A stretch of DNA of 64,000 bases from Felis catus (Eukaryota). Below the pieces are notes generated by a model that saw only the letters and a program-made list of their open reading frames with translations, was not told the origin of the DNA and ran no database searches. The translations under genes and the position numbers were made by a program. Below are positions 37,351 to 51,010 of the stretch, in pieces; positions within the stretch are counted from its first letter, which is position 1, and each line of letters starts with the position of its first letter. The DNA is taken from contig NC_058368.1 of the NCBI RefSeq assembly GCF_018350175.1, positions 69,008,001-69,072,000 on the forward strand, given 5' to 3'.

Positions 37351-39669
37351 CTACCTTTAAAAAGTTAAGTGCTTGATACATCCAACCCATTTGAGCATTC
37401 CTTCCCATTGATATGCCCTCTCACTTTATCATCATGAGAGATTTAGTAATATGCCACCTTGTGCCAGGGGCTATAGAAAACAAGAACAGGAGAGCAAGTT
37501 CAGATCCTTGCTGTGGTACATCTGAGACATTCTGCTGACATTCCAGCAGTAAGCATTGGCTATTGACATGTGGGCTTTCCCAGGAAGCTAGCATTGGAAT
37601 TATTTTTGTACCCTTAAACTCATTTATGATGAGTAGAACTATTTTGGCTTCCTGGAGTTTATATAAAGAGTTCAAGATAGTCTTGCAATAATTTATGCAC
37701 ACTACAACCTCTGCCAACAGTAATCCCGTGTGCCTTCAAAATTAGGAAATTGATATTGGCATGCATTGTATTGTAATTTGCACTGTATATGGTAAATAAC
37801 TAAATCAGCATGTATTAAGATATTTAGAAGACAAATAAAAATAAAATGTCCTTTTAAGTGGCAACATATATAAGTCTTTTGGCCTTAACAACTTAAAAAA
37901 AAAAAGCACAAGTCCTAAATCATCAGGATATTGACAAAGCACGTGATTATTTACATTAAATTACCTATGAGAGGAAGGTAGGCTGTTCACCTTAAGGCAG
38001 AACTTCCTAACAATGGAACAGGCAATTCAGCTTTCTGCTCTAACAAACAGTACTGCACCATTCTGTGAAGGTAGAGAGTACAGCTGCAAGGTGGTTTCAA
38101 GGACTTGAATAAAGAGCACACTTGTGCAGCCAGTAGAAGCTGAGCGTATGGCAAATGATCCAGACCTCTCTCCAAGGGGAGATTCCAAGTAGGGTATTTT
38201 CAATTACCTACTGTCTGTTCAACCTTTGCAAGGAATTTAATTGGAACAGACAGAGTATTTAAGGGGAATAACTAATGATATAATAGATTAGTAATGATCA
38301 ATAGGCAGGGAATCACTGCATTAGTTGAACCATGGTACTTTCTGAGAATGGTATTTTCATTCCTGGGGGAGCAAAATTCTAATTCTAATTCTCCAGCATT
38401 GAGCACTCTGGAGCTTCTAAAGATGTTCGCATTCTTTTATCGAGAGAGCAGAGTCTACAGTTTTATAATTGTATATTAGCAAATGTTGACAGCACTGGAA
38501 ATCAATAGCCTGATTACTCTGTTTCTGTTGATTGGTATTAACATAAATAGCCCTTGTACTAGATTAACTCTCCAATTTGTCTGAAAGCATATTTTCCTCC
38601 TTCTTATAGTGATAGAGTCAAAACAATGGCCTGAGTGTGTTGTATCAACATAAGGAATGTACTACAAAGACACTTTAGTTTTCTTTCTTGGTGTCTTTAC
38701 ATGAGGGAACATTGATTATAATTGTGAACTTTCAACATAAAAGACCCTGTGTGGCCTACCTTCAATAAATGTGAAAGCTTAATATCAATTCACCATTAGT
38801 TTGAAGAAGGATGAATTATAGTATTATCATATATAACTTGAGGTTCCTTCTAGGAAAGATGTCATATCAAAGAAAAATTTTCTCAGCCACTAAAATGTCA
38901 CTGAGTTCTAAATTTTCACATTACACATAAATTAACCCATCTGCTCACACATTTTTGACATCATTTTCACGATTACTCTTTGAGTATTTCTTAATGTGTG
39001 TATGTTCTGAGTAATGGGATAAGGATAAAATTATTTTTTTCTTATTTTTTTCACGGATGTTTTTATTATTTTCTTTTTAATAAGCCATTCCATGCCAGGA
39101 CACTATCAAGCCACAATCTATAGGTTAATGTCATACCCAAACTTTTAAAACTGTCTCAACTTGCCTCTGCAATTTAAGGGCAGACTTTGAGTGGCTAAGT
39201 AAGGATGGAGTGAAAAGAAAAGAGAGAAAAGAGACGTCAAGAAGGAGAAGGTAAGAGAAAGAAAGGCAAACCATGGAATAGCCTTTGTGGGGCTCATGTG
39301 TGCAGGGAAAGAGGATGATATGAAAACAGTAGAAAGAAAAGCACATGCAAGAAGGACTAAGCAAATTAAACCTCTCATTCTTGGCCTGTAGGTTACAAGT
39401 CCTCTGCTGTGTCACTGCTGTCCTTGGAAATGCTCGTTGGTGGATCACCTGTTTTCCATTCTTCACCTGGTCTTTGTCCTTCAGATGTCTCTCTCTCCGA
39501 ATGTGGTAGTCGTTATGGCCCCAGGAGAGAAGTGAGTCTTTATACAGAACTCTGTCCACAGAAGGGTAGTTTGAGAAAACCTTCTTGAGGCCAACACATT
39601 CACCTCACAGATAAGTAAGAGTGGAACCAGAGGGAAAAATGACACCAATTCTAATGCTGGAGAATAAAA

Positions 39670-39875
39670 ACTATGGAATCCAATAGCCTGGAAGTAGAAG
39701 CTGTCTCTGCCAACTATCAGCTGTGTGATCTTGATTGGGAGAGTCTCTTAGCCTAGTTGAATTTTTAGATCTTAGTTTGTCAAATGGCACTGCGAGTCCT
39801 GCTTCAAAGGATAAGATGAAATATGTTCTATAAAATGCCTAGAATTGTATTTGAATGCAGTGGGTACTCAACTAA
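39670..39875 (+). mobile_element. MIR, degraded
   Basis: CAGCTGTGTGATCTTG..GGATAAGATGAAATAT..GGGTACTCAA. Confidence 0.55.
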
Positions 39876-39894
39876 AGGTGTCTGTGATTAAGAT

Positions 39895-40131
39895 TTATTA
39901 TTATTATTGTTAATATTTTTTCATGTTTTATTTATTTAAAGAGAGAGAGAGAGAGAGAGACAGAGCACAAGCAGGGCAGGGATAATCAGAGAGGGAGAGA
40001 GAGAATCCCAAGCAGGCTCCAATTGGCAGCTCAGAGCCCGATGTGGGGCTCGAACTCACAAACCACGGGATCATGATCTGAGCTGAAATCAAGAGTCAGT
40101 CGCTCAACTGACTGAGCCACCCAGCTGCCCC
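39895..40131 (-). mobile_element. Can-SINE
   Basis: Reverse-complement SINE; degenerate TSD GTGTCTGT(G/A)ATTA(A/T)GATT. Confidence 0.95.
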
Positions 40132-40494
40132 TATGTGTCTGTAATTATGATTATCCATGCCTCCTGGCCCTCTGTCCACTTCTCTTTCCACTCTATTACT
40201 TAATCTACAAATCATAAAGCAAATGAGTGCTCAATTTATAAAAAGAGTTCACCACGGAATTATTTAAAGAGTTATGGTCCTCAATTACATTTAATGGTCT
40301 ATTTATAGTCTACTGAGTTCTTGACAGAGATATGAGGGAACTTTAGAAAAGGAGAATGTCCAGTTGTTTGAGCCACCACCAACTCAATATTAATCTGGAG
40401 GTAAAATAGCCCTGAAAGTATCATGAAGAGATAGAGAAATATAATCTTATACAACTTACTGGGGATTCACTTATTATGTAATAAGGTACATGTA

Positions 40495-40937
40495 TATGTT
40501 AGTTTCAGAGGGTTCCCATCACAGATTACTACAAACTAGGCAGCTTAAAACAACAGACCTTTATTGACTCTCAGCTCTGGAACCTGCAAGTCTGAAATCA
40601 AAGGCACACTGTCTTTAGAAGCTCCCAGGGAAAATCCTTCCTAGCCTCTTCCTAGCTTCTGATACTTGCCAGCAATCCTTGGCTTTTCTTGGCTTGTAGC
40701 CACATCACTTGATTTCTTCCATCTTCTCTCGGTTATGTCTATGTATCAGAATCTCCCTCTCCTTTCTTTTATAAAGACCCCAGTCATTGGCTTTAGGGCC
40801 CACTCTCTTCCAGTACAACCTCATTGTAACTTGGTTACTTGTAATAAAGACCTATTTCCAAATAAGATCACATGCAAAAATACTGGGGGTTGAGACTTGA
40901 GCATATCTTTTAGGAGGACACAATTCAACCCACACAC
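40495..40937 (-). mobile_element. MLT1B/C-like MaLR solo LTR
   Basis: GCTTAAAACAACAGACCTTTATT..GACCTATTTCCAAATAAGATCACAT..CAATTCAACCCA. Confidence 0.85.
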
Positions 40938-40970
40938 ATTATATGTATAAATTAAAATTGGGCTTAGATT

Positions 40971-41162
40971 AGGGTGCTTAGGTGGTTCAGTCCAACTTTG
41001 GCTCAGGTCGTGATCTCAAGGTTTGTGAGTTCAAGCCCCGCATTGGGCTCACTGTTGTCAGTGTGGAGCCTGCTTCGGATCCTCTATCTCCTTCTCTCTG
41101 CCTCTTCTGCCCCCACCCCCTCTCTCTCTCCCCCTCAAAAATAAATAAATATTAAAAAAAAA
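40971..41162 (+). mobile_element. Can-SINE with small head deletion
   Basis: Body, CT tract and tail present; TSD AATTG(G/T)GCTTAGA. Confidence 0.92.
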
Positions 41163-41434
41163 AGAATTGTGCTTAGAACCAGGCCAATTTTGATGTGGGC
41201 TAGTGGAATCCAACTTGATAACCTCATGGTAACAATCAATCATAATAGTAAGATACATTAGAAGTGTAGTAATGTTAAAAAATACATTTAAAGAGTTCAT
41301 CTTATAGATATTTATTTTGGTCCTCAAAGCATGTACTGATCTATCTCATCTCCATTACCCTGGGAGATACAGCAAAGACCATGTGCCTGGGAGAGTACCC
41401 TGGGTCTACTGCTTACTATAGACCTTATTAATTA

Positions 41435-41682
41435 TGTCTACAATTTATTAGACCCTTGTCGTGCTTCACACATTGTGCTAAGCATTTTACAAACATAATA
41501 TTTAATTCTCACTCCAACCCCATGGGGACAATAGGATTATTCCCTCTTTATAAACTAGGACTCAGAAGCTTTTAGAGAAGGTGATTGTCTTGTCTAAGAC
41601 CAAACAGCTAGTAAGTTCTGGAGCAGAGATTGGAGCCTTGGTCCATCCGATTGTAGTGCCCGTGCATTTAACCATATGCTCT
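41435..41682 (-). mobile_element. MIR
   Basis: GTGCTAAGCATTTTAC..ACAGCTAGTAAGTT..TTAACCATATGCT. Confidence 0.8.
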
Positions 41683-41779
41683 TTTCATTTTGAGCAAACA
41701 TCACAGATTGCCCGGGGGGGGGGGGGGAATTAAATCTCAGAGGAGCTAAGTAAAATTTTTGCTCAAAGTGAAAAGAGCA

Positions 41780-42400
41780 GGCTCTGGATGTGCCTTCCTA
41801 TAACATAGAGGCTGGAAAACCAAAAACTACCTTCTACCGATGCTCTTTTAGGTAGAATTCTGAATGTTCAACCCCATCATTTAGATGTCTTCCTGTAGAT
41901 CTAGAAGGTCAAAGTGAAACAGAAGCCATCTCCCTGCCACAGGGACCACTTTTCTCCATGGGCTTTCTTTCTCCTGCAAGAAGGTTGTGGGAGGTGAGGC
42001 TTAGGACAGTAGCTTTCCAGAAACTATTCTCCAGGTGCTTGGGGATTGTGAAGACAGTGGACTCACTCTGCCTTCCGGCGGCCAGTCGCCAGCTCTGTGG
42101 GTATAGAGAGCAGTGACAGAAGACAACTTCCTGCCCTTACTTCTTGATCCTTGGATTGCAGCCTTGGTAGTGTATTCTTCAGCTCCAAAGCTCCAGGGCA
42201 GCCTCAGAGGTAGTAGCTAGTAGCTTCCTTGATGGTCACTTCTGCATTATCCGGGGAGTTGTTCTTAAAGGTGAGGCCAAGAACCTATTCCTGTATAGCC
42301 CTTCCAATTCTGCAAGCATCTAATATCCTTAAATGAGTTTCTCTTGAAACTTCCAAGAATCGATTCTGGTGTGTGCACTGAATCCTCCTTGATTAATATA
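41780..42400 (+). mobile_element. Old ERVL-type LTR (LTR33/40/41-like)
   Basis: GAGGCTGGAAAACCAAAAACTAC near the start; GATTCTGGTGTGTGCACTGAA..TGATTAATATA end. Confidence 0.5.
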
Positions 42401-44019
42401 TGAATCAAGATTAATAATTACTCATCATGCTTTTTTTTTAGAAAACTGAATAGAAAGTGTATAAAAGATACATCACAGTGAATATTTGTGAATGTTCTTG
42501 TATATTTCCCTTTCTGCTCTCATTATAAAACCAAAAGAATGGACATTGTCAGTCTGTGTGAAATATACCCAGCATTTTCCGACAAACACACATCACCATA
42601 AAAAATCACACCAAGAGGGTATGAACTTGAGAGACAGAATATTTCTGTCCAGTTTTTTCCCCATCCCACTGTTTGGTTTTCTTTTGGTCTATGTTCTTCA
42701 CTTACTTAACATTTATAGAGAGCTCATTATATGCCAAACATTATGTTATGCTTATTTATATAGTAAGATTCTTTCCTTGCCAAAAAGAAGGCATTCCCTA
42801 TGAGATTGAATTCCCATTGGGCATGAACTGCAGGCTCATGAATGAATTCTTGACAACCCCGAAGTATTTTGAGACCATGACAGTATGGTCACTTTGTGAC
42901 CTGATCCCAGCAAAGATCTTCTCTGAGAAGTCAGTTCTGCTGGGAAATGTTGTTTGCTCAGGCTCTTCACTGTGATGAAAACGAATAACCAAAATGCCAC
43001 AGTAATGCCTTTTAGGAAGGACCGTGTCCTTGTCCAGGTTGAAAATGGCCTTTAGCTCAGTGCTCAGCCCACTGGCCCACTCTGCAGGCTTGATATCAGC
43101 TCCAACCCCTATCTGCCCCCAAAGGCCAGTCATATAACAAAAGCAGGGAAAGGCAGAACACAAAAGGGAAATGAACAATTTCCCAAATTAAAAACCACCT
43201 AGGACACTAAGGACAGCAAATGTCTTCCAGGTTCATCAAAGACGCAGGCATCCGATACCTCCACTAACGAGCATTTGATTTCTTCCTCTCCCCTGTTGAA
43301 ATTAGGTCTGAAGCAGGAAGTTACTGGAGCATCCCTCGCTGGCTGTGACTAGCTGGATCTCAGGGATCAAACGAGAGGGTCTAAAAAGCACAGCCCTGGC
43401 TTTTCCCTAGTGAAGTCTAAGACAGTTGGAGAACCTATGGATTGGATTTCCCTTCTCTGAGTGCCCCCTGCACATGTCATTCACATCACATGGGTTCACT
43501 ATCCCAAAAGACATCAAGTTTTGCAGACAACAAGGGTCTGATGACCCATTTCTAGTGACTAATGGGAACATAAAAGCCTCAAAAACCTCAAACACAACAT
43601 GCCCCCTCTGCCCCCTATATACACACATGCTGTGATTTTGCAAAAACATGATTCATTGAGTGTTGGATTGTGTTTGTTTACTGAACAAAGGCTGCTCCCT
43701 GCTTCCTTGTGTGATGGGCGTAATTACCAACATTCTCCAAGTCTGCACATGCTATTTTCTTTCTACTTGCTGCAAGACTGGAAAACAGCAAGAGAAATGA
43801 CAGGCACAGAAGCAGAATTCACTCATGCCCACACGCTTCTTTTACATTCTGTCTGGCTACCATATAAAGCATAGAGTTGTAGATTCTGACCTTTCCCTTC
43901 CTCACCAGCAAGGTTCGCAATTTATCAGATATTGTAGCAGGCATTGGTAGGGAAGGAGACTGAGGCAAAAGTAAGTTTTGAAGGAAAGCCTAGTGTCCTT
44001 ACTTGAATTAAAAATTTGA

Positions 44020-44357
44020 AGATCAGGCTATCCGCCAAGGAATGAGCCAGTGGGGATGCTTAGATAGCCGGGATCCTGGGAGATGTGGGACTCCTCTGAC
44101 CTCTGACTTTGGCCCCCAAATTCTCCAGTGTCTTGACAAACCTTCCTTAAACTGCAGGGCAGTATCTGATGCTTCTGCACAATCTTCTTTCCCTCTTTTT
44201 CTCACTGGGGTCTAATTTGCATGGTGAGCCAATGCTCTCCCAGTCTTTCCTGACATTTTTTCCATTTTCTCTCACACCGGATGTCCCCCAGTGAAATCCT
44301 TGCATGTCTGATCCTATCTGGGCATCTGCTTCCTGTAGTAACAAGACCAACATACAG
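44020..44357 (+). mobile_element. LTR16-like ERV-L LTR
   Basis: GAAATCCTTGCATGTCTGATCCTATCTGGGCATCTGCTTCCTG..AACATACA. Confidence 0.7.
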
Positions 44358-45283
44358 TATTCAGTATTAAGCTGAAAACCCCCTGGAACCACCTACCTTA
44401 TTGACAAAGCAAGAATTACGCTTTGTACTCAGACCCAAGTCCAAAACACGAGAGACAACGTTCTTCAGCTTTTAAACCTATTCACCACCTCCTTAGAAAC
44501 TAAGGAGCTAAAGGCTTCTTACAAAGGGGTTGGGGGTGGGGGGCATTTAAAAATACCATCTGAGAGCAAAATATTTAACTCTAAAAACAATTAGATTCCA
44601 CTGAAATAGCAAACAGAATCCAGAATTGCTAAATCCATCTCTACTTGGAGAAGGAAAGCACATATATGCTCTTGCTCTAGAGATTTTTATTTTTTTTTTA
44701 ATACAATGGGTAATAGAAAGGCTGAGTTCATTATGGCAGTCAAGTCCCAAAGCAGCCAGAGAGCCCACGATTTCACTCTGTGTCTCACCCAACCCTCTGA
44801 TCGCTCTCCTTTGGACATTATGCCTCATATAATGCATTCTAATGGCTTTAAATGACAGCATTTTGTTTACAAAATGGCTCCATGTCTCAGGAAACCCAAG
44901 AGCCTGCGCACCATAACACAGCTATTGATAGAAAATAAAATGCACAATGTGACAGAAGCTGGTCCCCACCTTGCCGCCCTGTTATCCATTTTAGGGTCAA
45001 ATTTGCCCATTCATCAGCTCAGAAGCAGGGCCTGAGGGGCACAGCCTAATAGGACCCATAAGAATAAGCAAAGAACTCAGTAAAGGTAAAAAGAGCTTCA
45101 ACTCTGCACGAATAGAAAGGAGAAGGATTTGACCCAAGTATTCGCTAAACACTCTGACCTTGAGAGGCAAGTCTTGCGACACTGTGGATCTGCTGAATAT
45201 GAAAATATCTGCCAATATTAAGCTAGAACATTAGCCAGGAGTTCAGTAGCCTCTCCCCTTTATGCTTTAATTTAAACCGACCA

Positions 45284-45506
45284 GGGCGCCTGGGTGGCGC
45301 AGTCGGTTAAGCGTCCGACTTCAGCCAGGTCACGATCTCGCGGTCCGTGAGTTCGAGCCCCGCGTCGGGCTCTGGGCTGATGGCTCAGAGCCTGGAGCCT
45401 GTTTCCGATTCTGTGTCTCCCTCTCTCTCTGCCCCTCCCCCATTCATGCTCTGTCTCTCTCTGTCCCAAAAATAAATAAAAACGTTGAAAAAAAATTAAA
45501 AAAAAA
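45284..45506 (+). mobile_element. Young felid Can-SINE
   Basis: CpG-intact body; TSD TAAAC(C/T)GACCA. Confidence 0.97.
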
Positions 45507-45894
45507 TAAACTGACCAAAAATGCACGCCACAAATATTATCTAAAACCCGTGAAAGAGGGTCTGCTTTCTGTAAAAGGCAGAATTTATAGCCTAAAACAA
45601 TAAGCCAAACATCATTCTTAAAGCTTGAAAATACCAGGTTCTTAGCCCACTTTAACCTTCTATGAGCAGAAGAGTTTTGTAGGAGACAGCCCCAAAGAAT
45701 TTTTAGAAATAGGCCCTGAAGTGGGCTCAATTTAAGATGATGTGTCTTACTTTGTTACTTTAACATATTGCCCAAATGATCCATTCTGCCTTGGATTACA
45801 GCATATCCCCACTTTGAGAACTTCCAGGGTAGCCACGATGTCTCAATCCATCACGTGTTTTAGCAGTCAGTTATATAGTAGGCGACTTCAGTAA

Positions 45895-45965
45895 ATGAAA
45901 GAGAAGAAGGAAGGAAAGAAAGAGGGAAGGAAGGAAGGAGGAAGGAAATAAAGAAAGAATAGAAG
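45895..45965. repeat. GA-rich (GGAA)n low-complexity tract
   Basis: Directly visible. Confidence 0.9.
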
Positions 45966-46064
45966 CACTTTTCAGGTTAAAACAATGGACTTTTAAAGTT
46001 TATATCTAGATTTACATATCTAAATTTTTATATCTAAGTCTTTGGATGTTAAAATTCCTTACTG

Positions 46065-46448
46065 GACATAAAAATGACATATTATTCAGTCTTAAAAAGG
46101 AAGGAAAATTCTGACACATGCTACAGCATGGATGAAGCTTGAGGACATTGTGCTAAGTGACATAAGCCAGACACAAGATGCATACTGTATGTATGAATCC
46201 ATTTATAGGAAGTATCCAGAGAAGTCAAACTCATAGAAACAAAGAGAGTGGTGGTCATGAGGAACTGGGGGCAGGGGGATGGGAAGTTACTGTTTAAAGG
46301 GTCTAGAGTTTCAGTTTTGCAAGATGGAAAAGTTCTGGAGATTGGCTGAACAACAATATGAATATACTTTGCACTACTAACCTACATACTGAGAAGTGGC
46401 TAAGATGGCAAATTTTATGTTCCGATCATTTTACCACAGTTTTTTAAA
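46065..46448 (+). mobile_element. L1MB-like 3' end
   Basis: TATTATTCAGTCTTAAAAAGGAAGGAAAATTCTGACACATGCTACAGCATGGATGAA..GTTTCAGTTTTGCAAGATG. Confidence 0.9.
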
Positions 46449-48619
46449 ATCCCATAGTTGAGTAAATAGTTTACTGAGGAAGTGCATGCTCCTTCAGAGA
46501 CTCTTAGCAATGCCACAAACACTACTAAAATAACTGATATGCACACAGCCCAGGAATTGTACTTGTTCATACTTAATGGGGAAAACAAAAATCTAAGCAA
46601 GACCTAAACTGGACCTGGGAAGTTCTTATTATTAACTCTAAGGGTTCTGAGTGAGGCAAAGACTTTCTGAGGGAGAAGAAAATGTTAGGAAGATGCCAGC
46701 CAGCGTGCCCCAGAGCAATTCTTCCTGAGTATCTCCCTGATTTCTTTTTCAACTAGCCCACCCACCACGCACAAGTGGCTCTCTACCCGATCATCCTGAG
46801 AGACAAAGGATTTCCTCCTCTTAACTCTTAACCAAATGGTCCATTGATGGGCTGATAATATCCATATTTGCAACACATAATAAGTGTTTCCCTGACTAAA
46901 AAGGATTAGTAACTCTGACATCATGAACAAAGGACCACATTAGGGATTCATCTGGAATTTGGTTAATCACTGCTTGGAGAGAATGACATTAATTCCAGGG
47001 CTTATTTGAGGCTCAATGTCCAAAAAATGACTAACCTATTTATTAGAGGAATATGGGGTGCTTTTACACAACACATTTGATGTCTGGTATGTATTATGGT
47101 CTGGTATGCATGCTGGCCCCTCAGCAACTCTGGAGGCTCCCGTCTTAAAGACCTCCGTGATTGGCAAGCCAGCCATGGTGACTATCACAACTGCAAAGAA
47201 AATATGGCATCAAATATATTTTTAAAGCATAGAAAAATTTGGGAAAGTAGCAAGGTGGGTTTTTTTCTTTCACTTATTTTACAGAACTCTTTATGTACAA
47301 AAACAACGCATGGCTTGTAACAAGTCAAGAGCAATGGAGCTATGTAAAGATAATTAACAATCTTCCTCTCCATGCTTTAATCCCACTATCCTGAGATAAT
47401 CAATACGAACAGTTTTATAAGTATCTTCCCACAACTTACTTTTTTATGCATAGATACAATTAAGTTTATTTAAAGATACATAAAATCGTGGTATATAGGT
47501 TACAGGATTTTGCCTTAACAAAACTACTGTTATCATTACTCAACAGATTACTTTATTTCATTTAACAATAATATTATGGATTTCCCTACAGATGTAATGC
47601 AATCTTTTTTAATAGCTGTATAATTGTCAATAGTGGGAATGAACCATCATTCATTCAACCATTTACATTATTTCCAGATTACTATTTATCCATTACAAAC
47701 CATGCTGGAATAACATACATATCCTTACTTACTGGTAGTTTGTTTTCTGCAGACTAGATTCTTCCAAAAATGGAATGTCTGGGTCAAAGGGTATGTACCT
47801 ATTAAATGTTAACAGACACCACTAGATTACATTCCAAAAAGGTTGTATCAATTTCAACCTCCGTCAGCAATGAGGAGCACGTCCATTTCTCCCACCTTTG
47901 CTGGTACTAGATGCTATAAATCTTCTAAATGTTGGCCGATCTGATAAGCAGAAATTGAAATCTCCATCATTTGATCTCCATTTGCCTGATGACTAGGGAG
48001 TTTGAGCATCTTTTCATATTTTATTGACTGTTTATATTTCCGTTTCTGCGAATTGGCTGTTCATAGCTTTATCTAATCTATCAAGTTGTTTGTCTTTTCC
48101 ATATCAGTGTGTAGGCGCTCCGTTTATTAAGGATATAACTCTTCGCCTGTCTTGTGTATGGCAAATAGCTTTCCTCACACGACTGTCTTTTTTTTTTTTT
48201 TTTTAAACTCTGTGCAGGGTGTTTAGGGCCATGCAGAAATCTTTATTTTTATGTAGTCAAACCTGTAAATCTTTTTTTATGGCTTTTGAATTTTTCTTTC
48301 AAATAACCTCAGAGTCAGCTTAACAAATTCTTTCACATAAACTTTTGTGGTGTTGATTAGGATTACATTAAATTTAGAGATTAATTGAAGAGAAATGAGG
48401 TCTTCATAGTCACGAGCACTCCCACACCCAGCCGGGAGTAGAATGATTTTATCTGCACTCAGATTCTTTCATGTCTCTCAATAATGTCTAACTCCTGTCT
48501 GCATTTAGGCCTGACATACCTTCCTTGGTTTATTCTGGGCACTTATGGTCTGTATCACAATTGGGAATGCCATCTTTTTTCCATTCCGGTATCTGCTGGA
48601 GGAGACTGGAGGCAGTGGA

Positions 48620-48830
48620 GGCCAGTGGTAAAGACCAGGGACTTTGGACTCAGTTCCCTGGATTCAAAGCTCAGATCTTCTTGCACTGGCCGGTTCTATG
48701 CCCTTAGGTAAGTGAGCTCCCTGCTGAGCGTGTTTCCTCACTTGTGAGATGGGGCTGCTGGGGTTGTGAGGATTAAATGAGATAATAATAGCACATCTTT
48801 AGCGCAGACTCTTAAGACAGAGTTGCCCAT
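48620..48830 (+). mobile_element. MIR
   Basis: GACTTTGGACTCAG..CCTGGATTCAAA..GGGTTGTGAGGATTAAATGAGATAAT. Confidence 0.85.
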
Positions 48831-49632
48831 CAAATGAGAACAAAGGCAATGATGGAGCCCTTTCATGCAGACACCTTCACTCTCATTGGTTTTGATCCTC
48901 TGGGATTTTCGAGGTAGACAATTGTATCCACTTCTGATAGTGATGATCCATCTTTACCTGTACAATGCTTGCAGAGGTTGATTTTTTTTGTTGTTGTCTA
49001 ACTACACTGGCTGAGAGTCATCACAGTGCTGATGGCCACGGTGAGGGCCCATATCCATGCCTTAGTCCTGACTCTAATATAAATACTTCTACTTTGTCTA
49101 TGTAGGATGGCTATCGTAGATTTCCCATAGCCATCATAATTCCTTGGCATAAAAATACTGATAATATTCTCTTATTACTTTTATTTCTGTTCTGTCTGTA
49201 GCTGTCCTTTTTTTCATTTCTAATATTAGTTATGAGGTCCCTCTGTCATTATTGACAATGCTTTTTGTATTCTCTTAGTCTCTTTGAGAACTAACCATTG
49301 ACTCTGAGGACTGTCTTTCTGTATTTGTTTTCTGCTCTTTATTATTTCCTTCTTTCTTCAGGGTTTGTTCTTCTGAAACTCTTCAGTTGGATCCTTAGCT
49401 CACTAACTCATCAATCTGATTTTCTTTTCTATTGATTACATGACTTACTCTCTGATTACTTTATTAGTTTAAAATCGTATATGGATACTTAGATAGAGTC
49501 TGAAGTTAATAATGATTTCTACCTTGTCCACCCTTCTATTTTAAACGTTATCGTTGTGCTTTTAGTTCCAGGTTTTAGCAAGTAGATTTACTTATCCATG
49601 TATTTACCAGTTTCTTTGATCACTATTCATTC

Positions 49633-50355
49633 TTTTTTCTTTCTTCTTATTGAGATATAATTCACATGTCCTACAATTCAACTAAAGTGTACAGTCCACT
49701 GGTTCTTAGCACATTCCCAGAGCTGGGCAATCCTCAGGATGATCGATTTTAGAATATTTCATCACCACAAAAAGAAATCCTATACATATTAGTGGTCATT
49801 TCCCCCAAACCCGTCAGCCCTAAGCAACCACGAATCTACCTCCTATCTCTAGGTTTGCCTGTTCTAGACAGTTTGTGTGAATGAAATCATGCAACATCTG
49901 GTCTTTTGTGACTGTCTTCCTTCATTCCACGTAATGTTTTTAAGGTCCATCTATGTCGTAGCATGTGCCAGTACCTTATTCCTTTTTTCCTCTCAAATAA
50001 TATTCCATCGTATGGATAGACCACATTTTATTTAGCCATTCATCAGTCGATGGACATTGGGATGTTCCCATATCTTGGCTATTATAAAAAATGTTGCTAT
50101 GAACTTTCATGTACAGCTTTCTGTGTGAACACATTTTTTAAAATTTTCTCAGGTAGAGGAGTGGAATTGTTGGGTCATAGAATAACTTTATATTTAATCT
50201 TTTGAGGAACCTCCAGACTGTTGTCCAACATGGCTACACCCTTTTGTATCCCCACTAGCAGTGTATGAGAGTTCAATTTCTCCACATCCTCACCAACCCA
50301 TTATTTATCTCATTGGCAGTCATCTTTGTGGATATGAAGTGGTATCTTATAGTGT
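49633..50355 (-). mobile_element. L1MB-like 3' end
   Basis: TTATTGAGATATAATTCACAT..TATTCCATCGTATGGATAGACCACATTTT..TTTGAGGAAC..GTGGTATCTTATAGT. Confidence 0.9.
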
Positions 50356-51010
50356 CGCTATGCATTCTTATTTCACATTTCTTCCAGAAGTATATTATTT
50401 AAAATACCACCAAGGAAGATCTGTTTGTATTATGCTCTTCCAGTTTTTGATGGTCTAGATTGTTCTTATTTTGCCATGGCTCAGGTGGAACTTAGCTGGG
50501 TATGAAGGTTTACTGTGATTTATTCTGCTGCATTTCTGACTTCCATTGTTGCTGTTGAGAAGTGTGCTATATATTATTCCTTTGAAGATATCCTGGCTTC
50601 TCTCTAATTAATTTTTCTTTCCCTTTGGTTTCTGCCATGTATCAAAATTCTCCAAGTATCGATTTACTTTAATTTATCATGCTAACTAGGATTTGTGCTG
50701 CCTACATCTAAGAAATCATGTCTGCCACAAATTCTAGAAATTCTCAGCCTTATTCCTTGTATTATCACCTCTACTTCATTGTTTCTGTTCTCCTACCAGA
50801 ACTGCTAGTACATATATGTTCATCTTTCTCATCTCTTAACCTCTCACGTAAAGTCTCCACCTCTCTATATCACTTACGATGCCTTCAGGATAATTTCCTC
50901 AGGTTTTTTTTTTTCTTCCAGTTTACAAGTCCAGCTGTGTTTAACCTGTGTTTACCCTGTCATTGAAACTTTTTATATCAATGACGATATTTTCCTTTCC
51001 TAAGAGTTCT

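Noticed and set aside
42886..42900. GGTCA-CTTTG-TGACC palindrome as an estrogen response element
   Set aside because: Spacer is 5 nt; the canonical ERE needs 3
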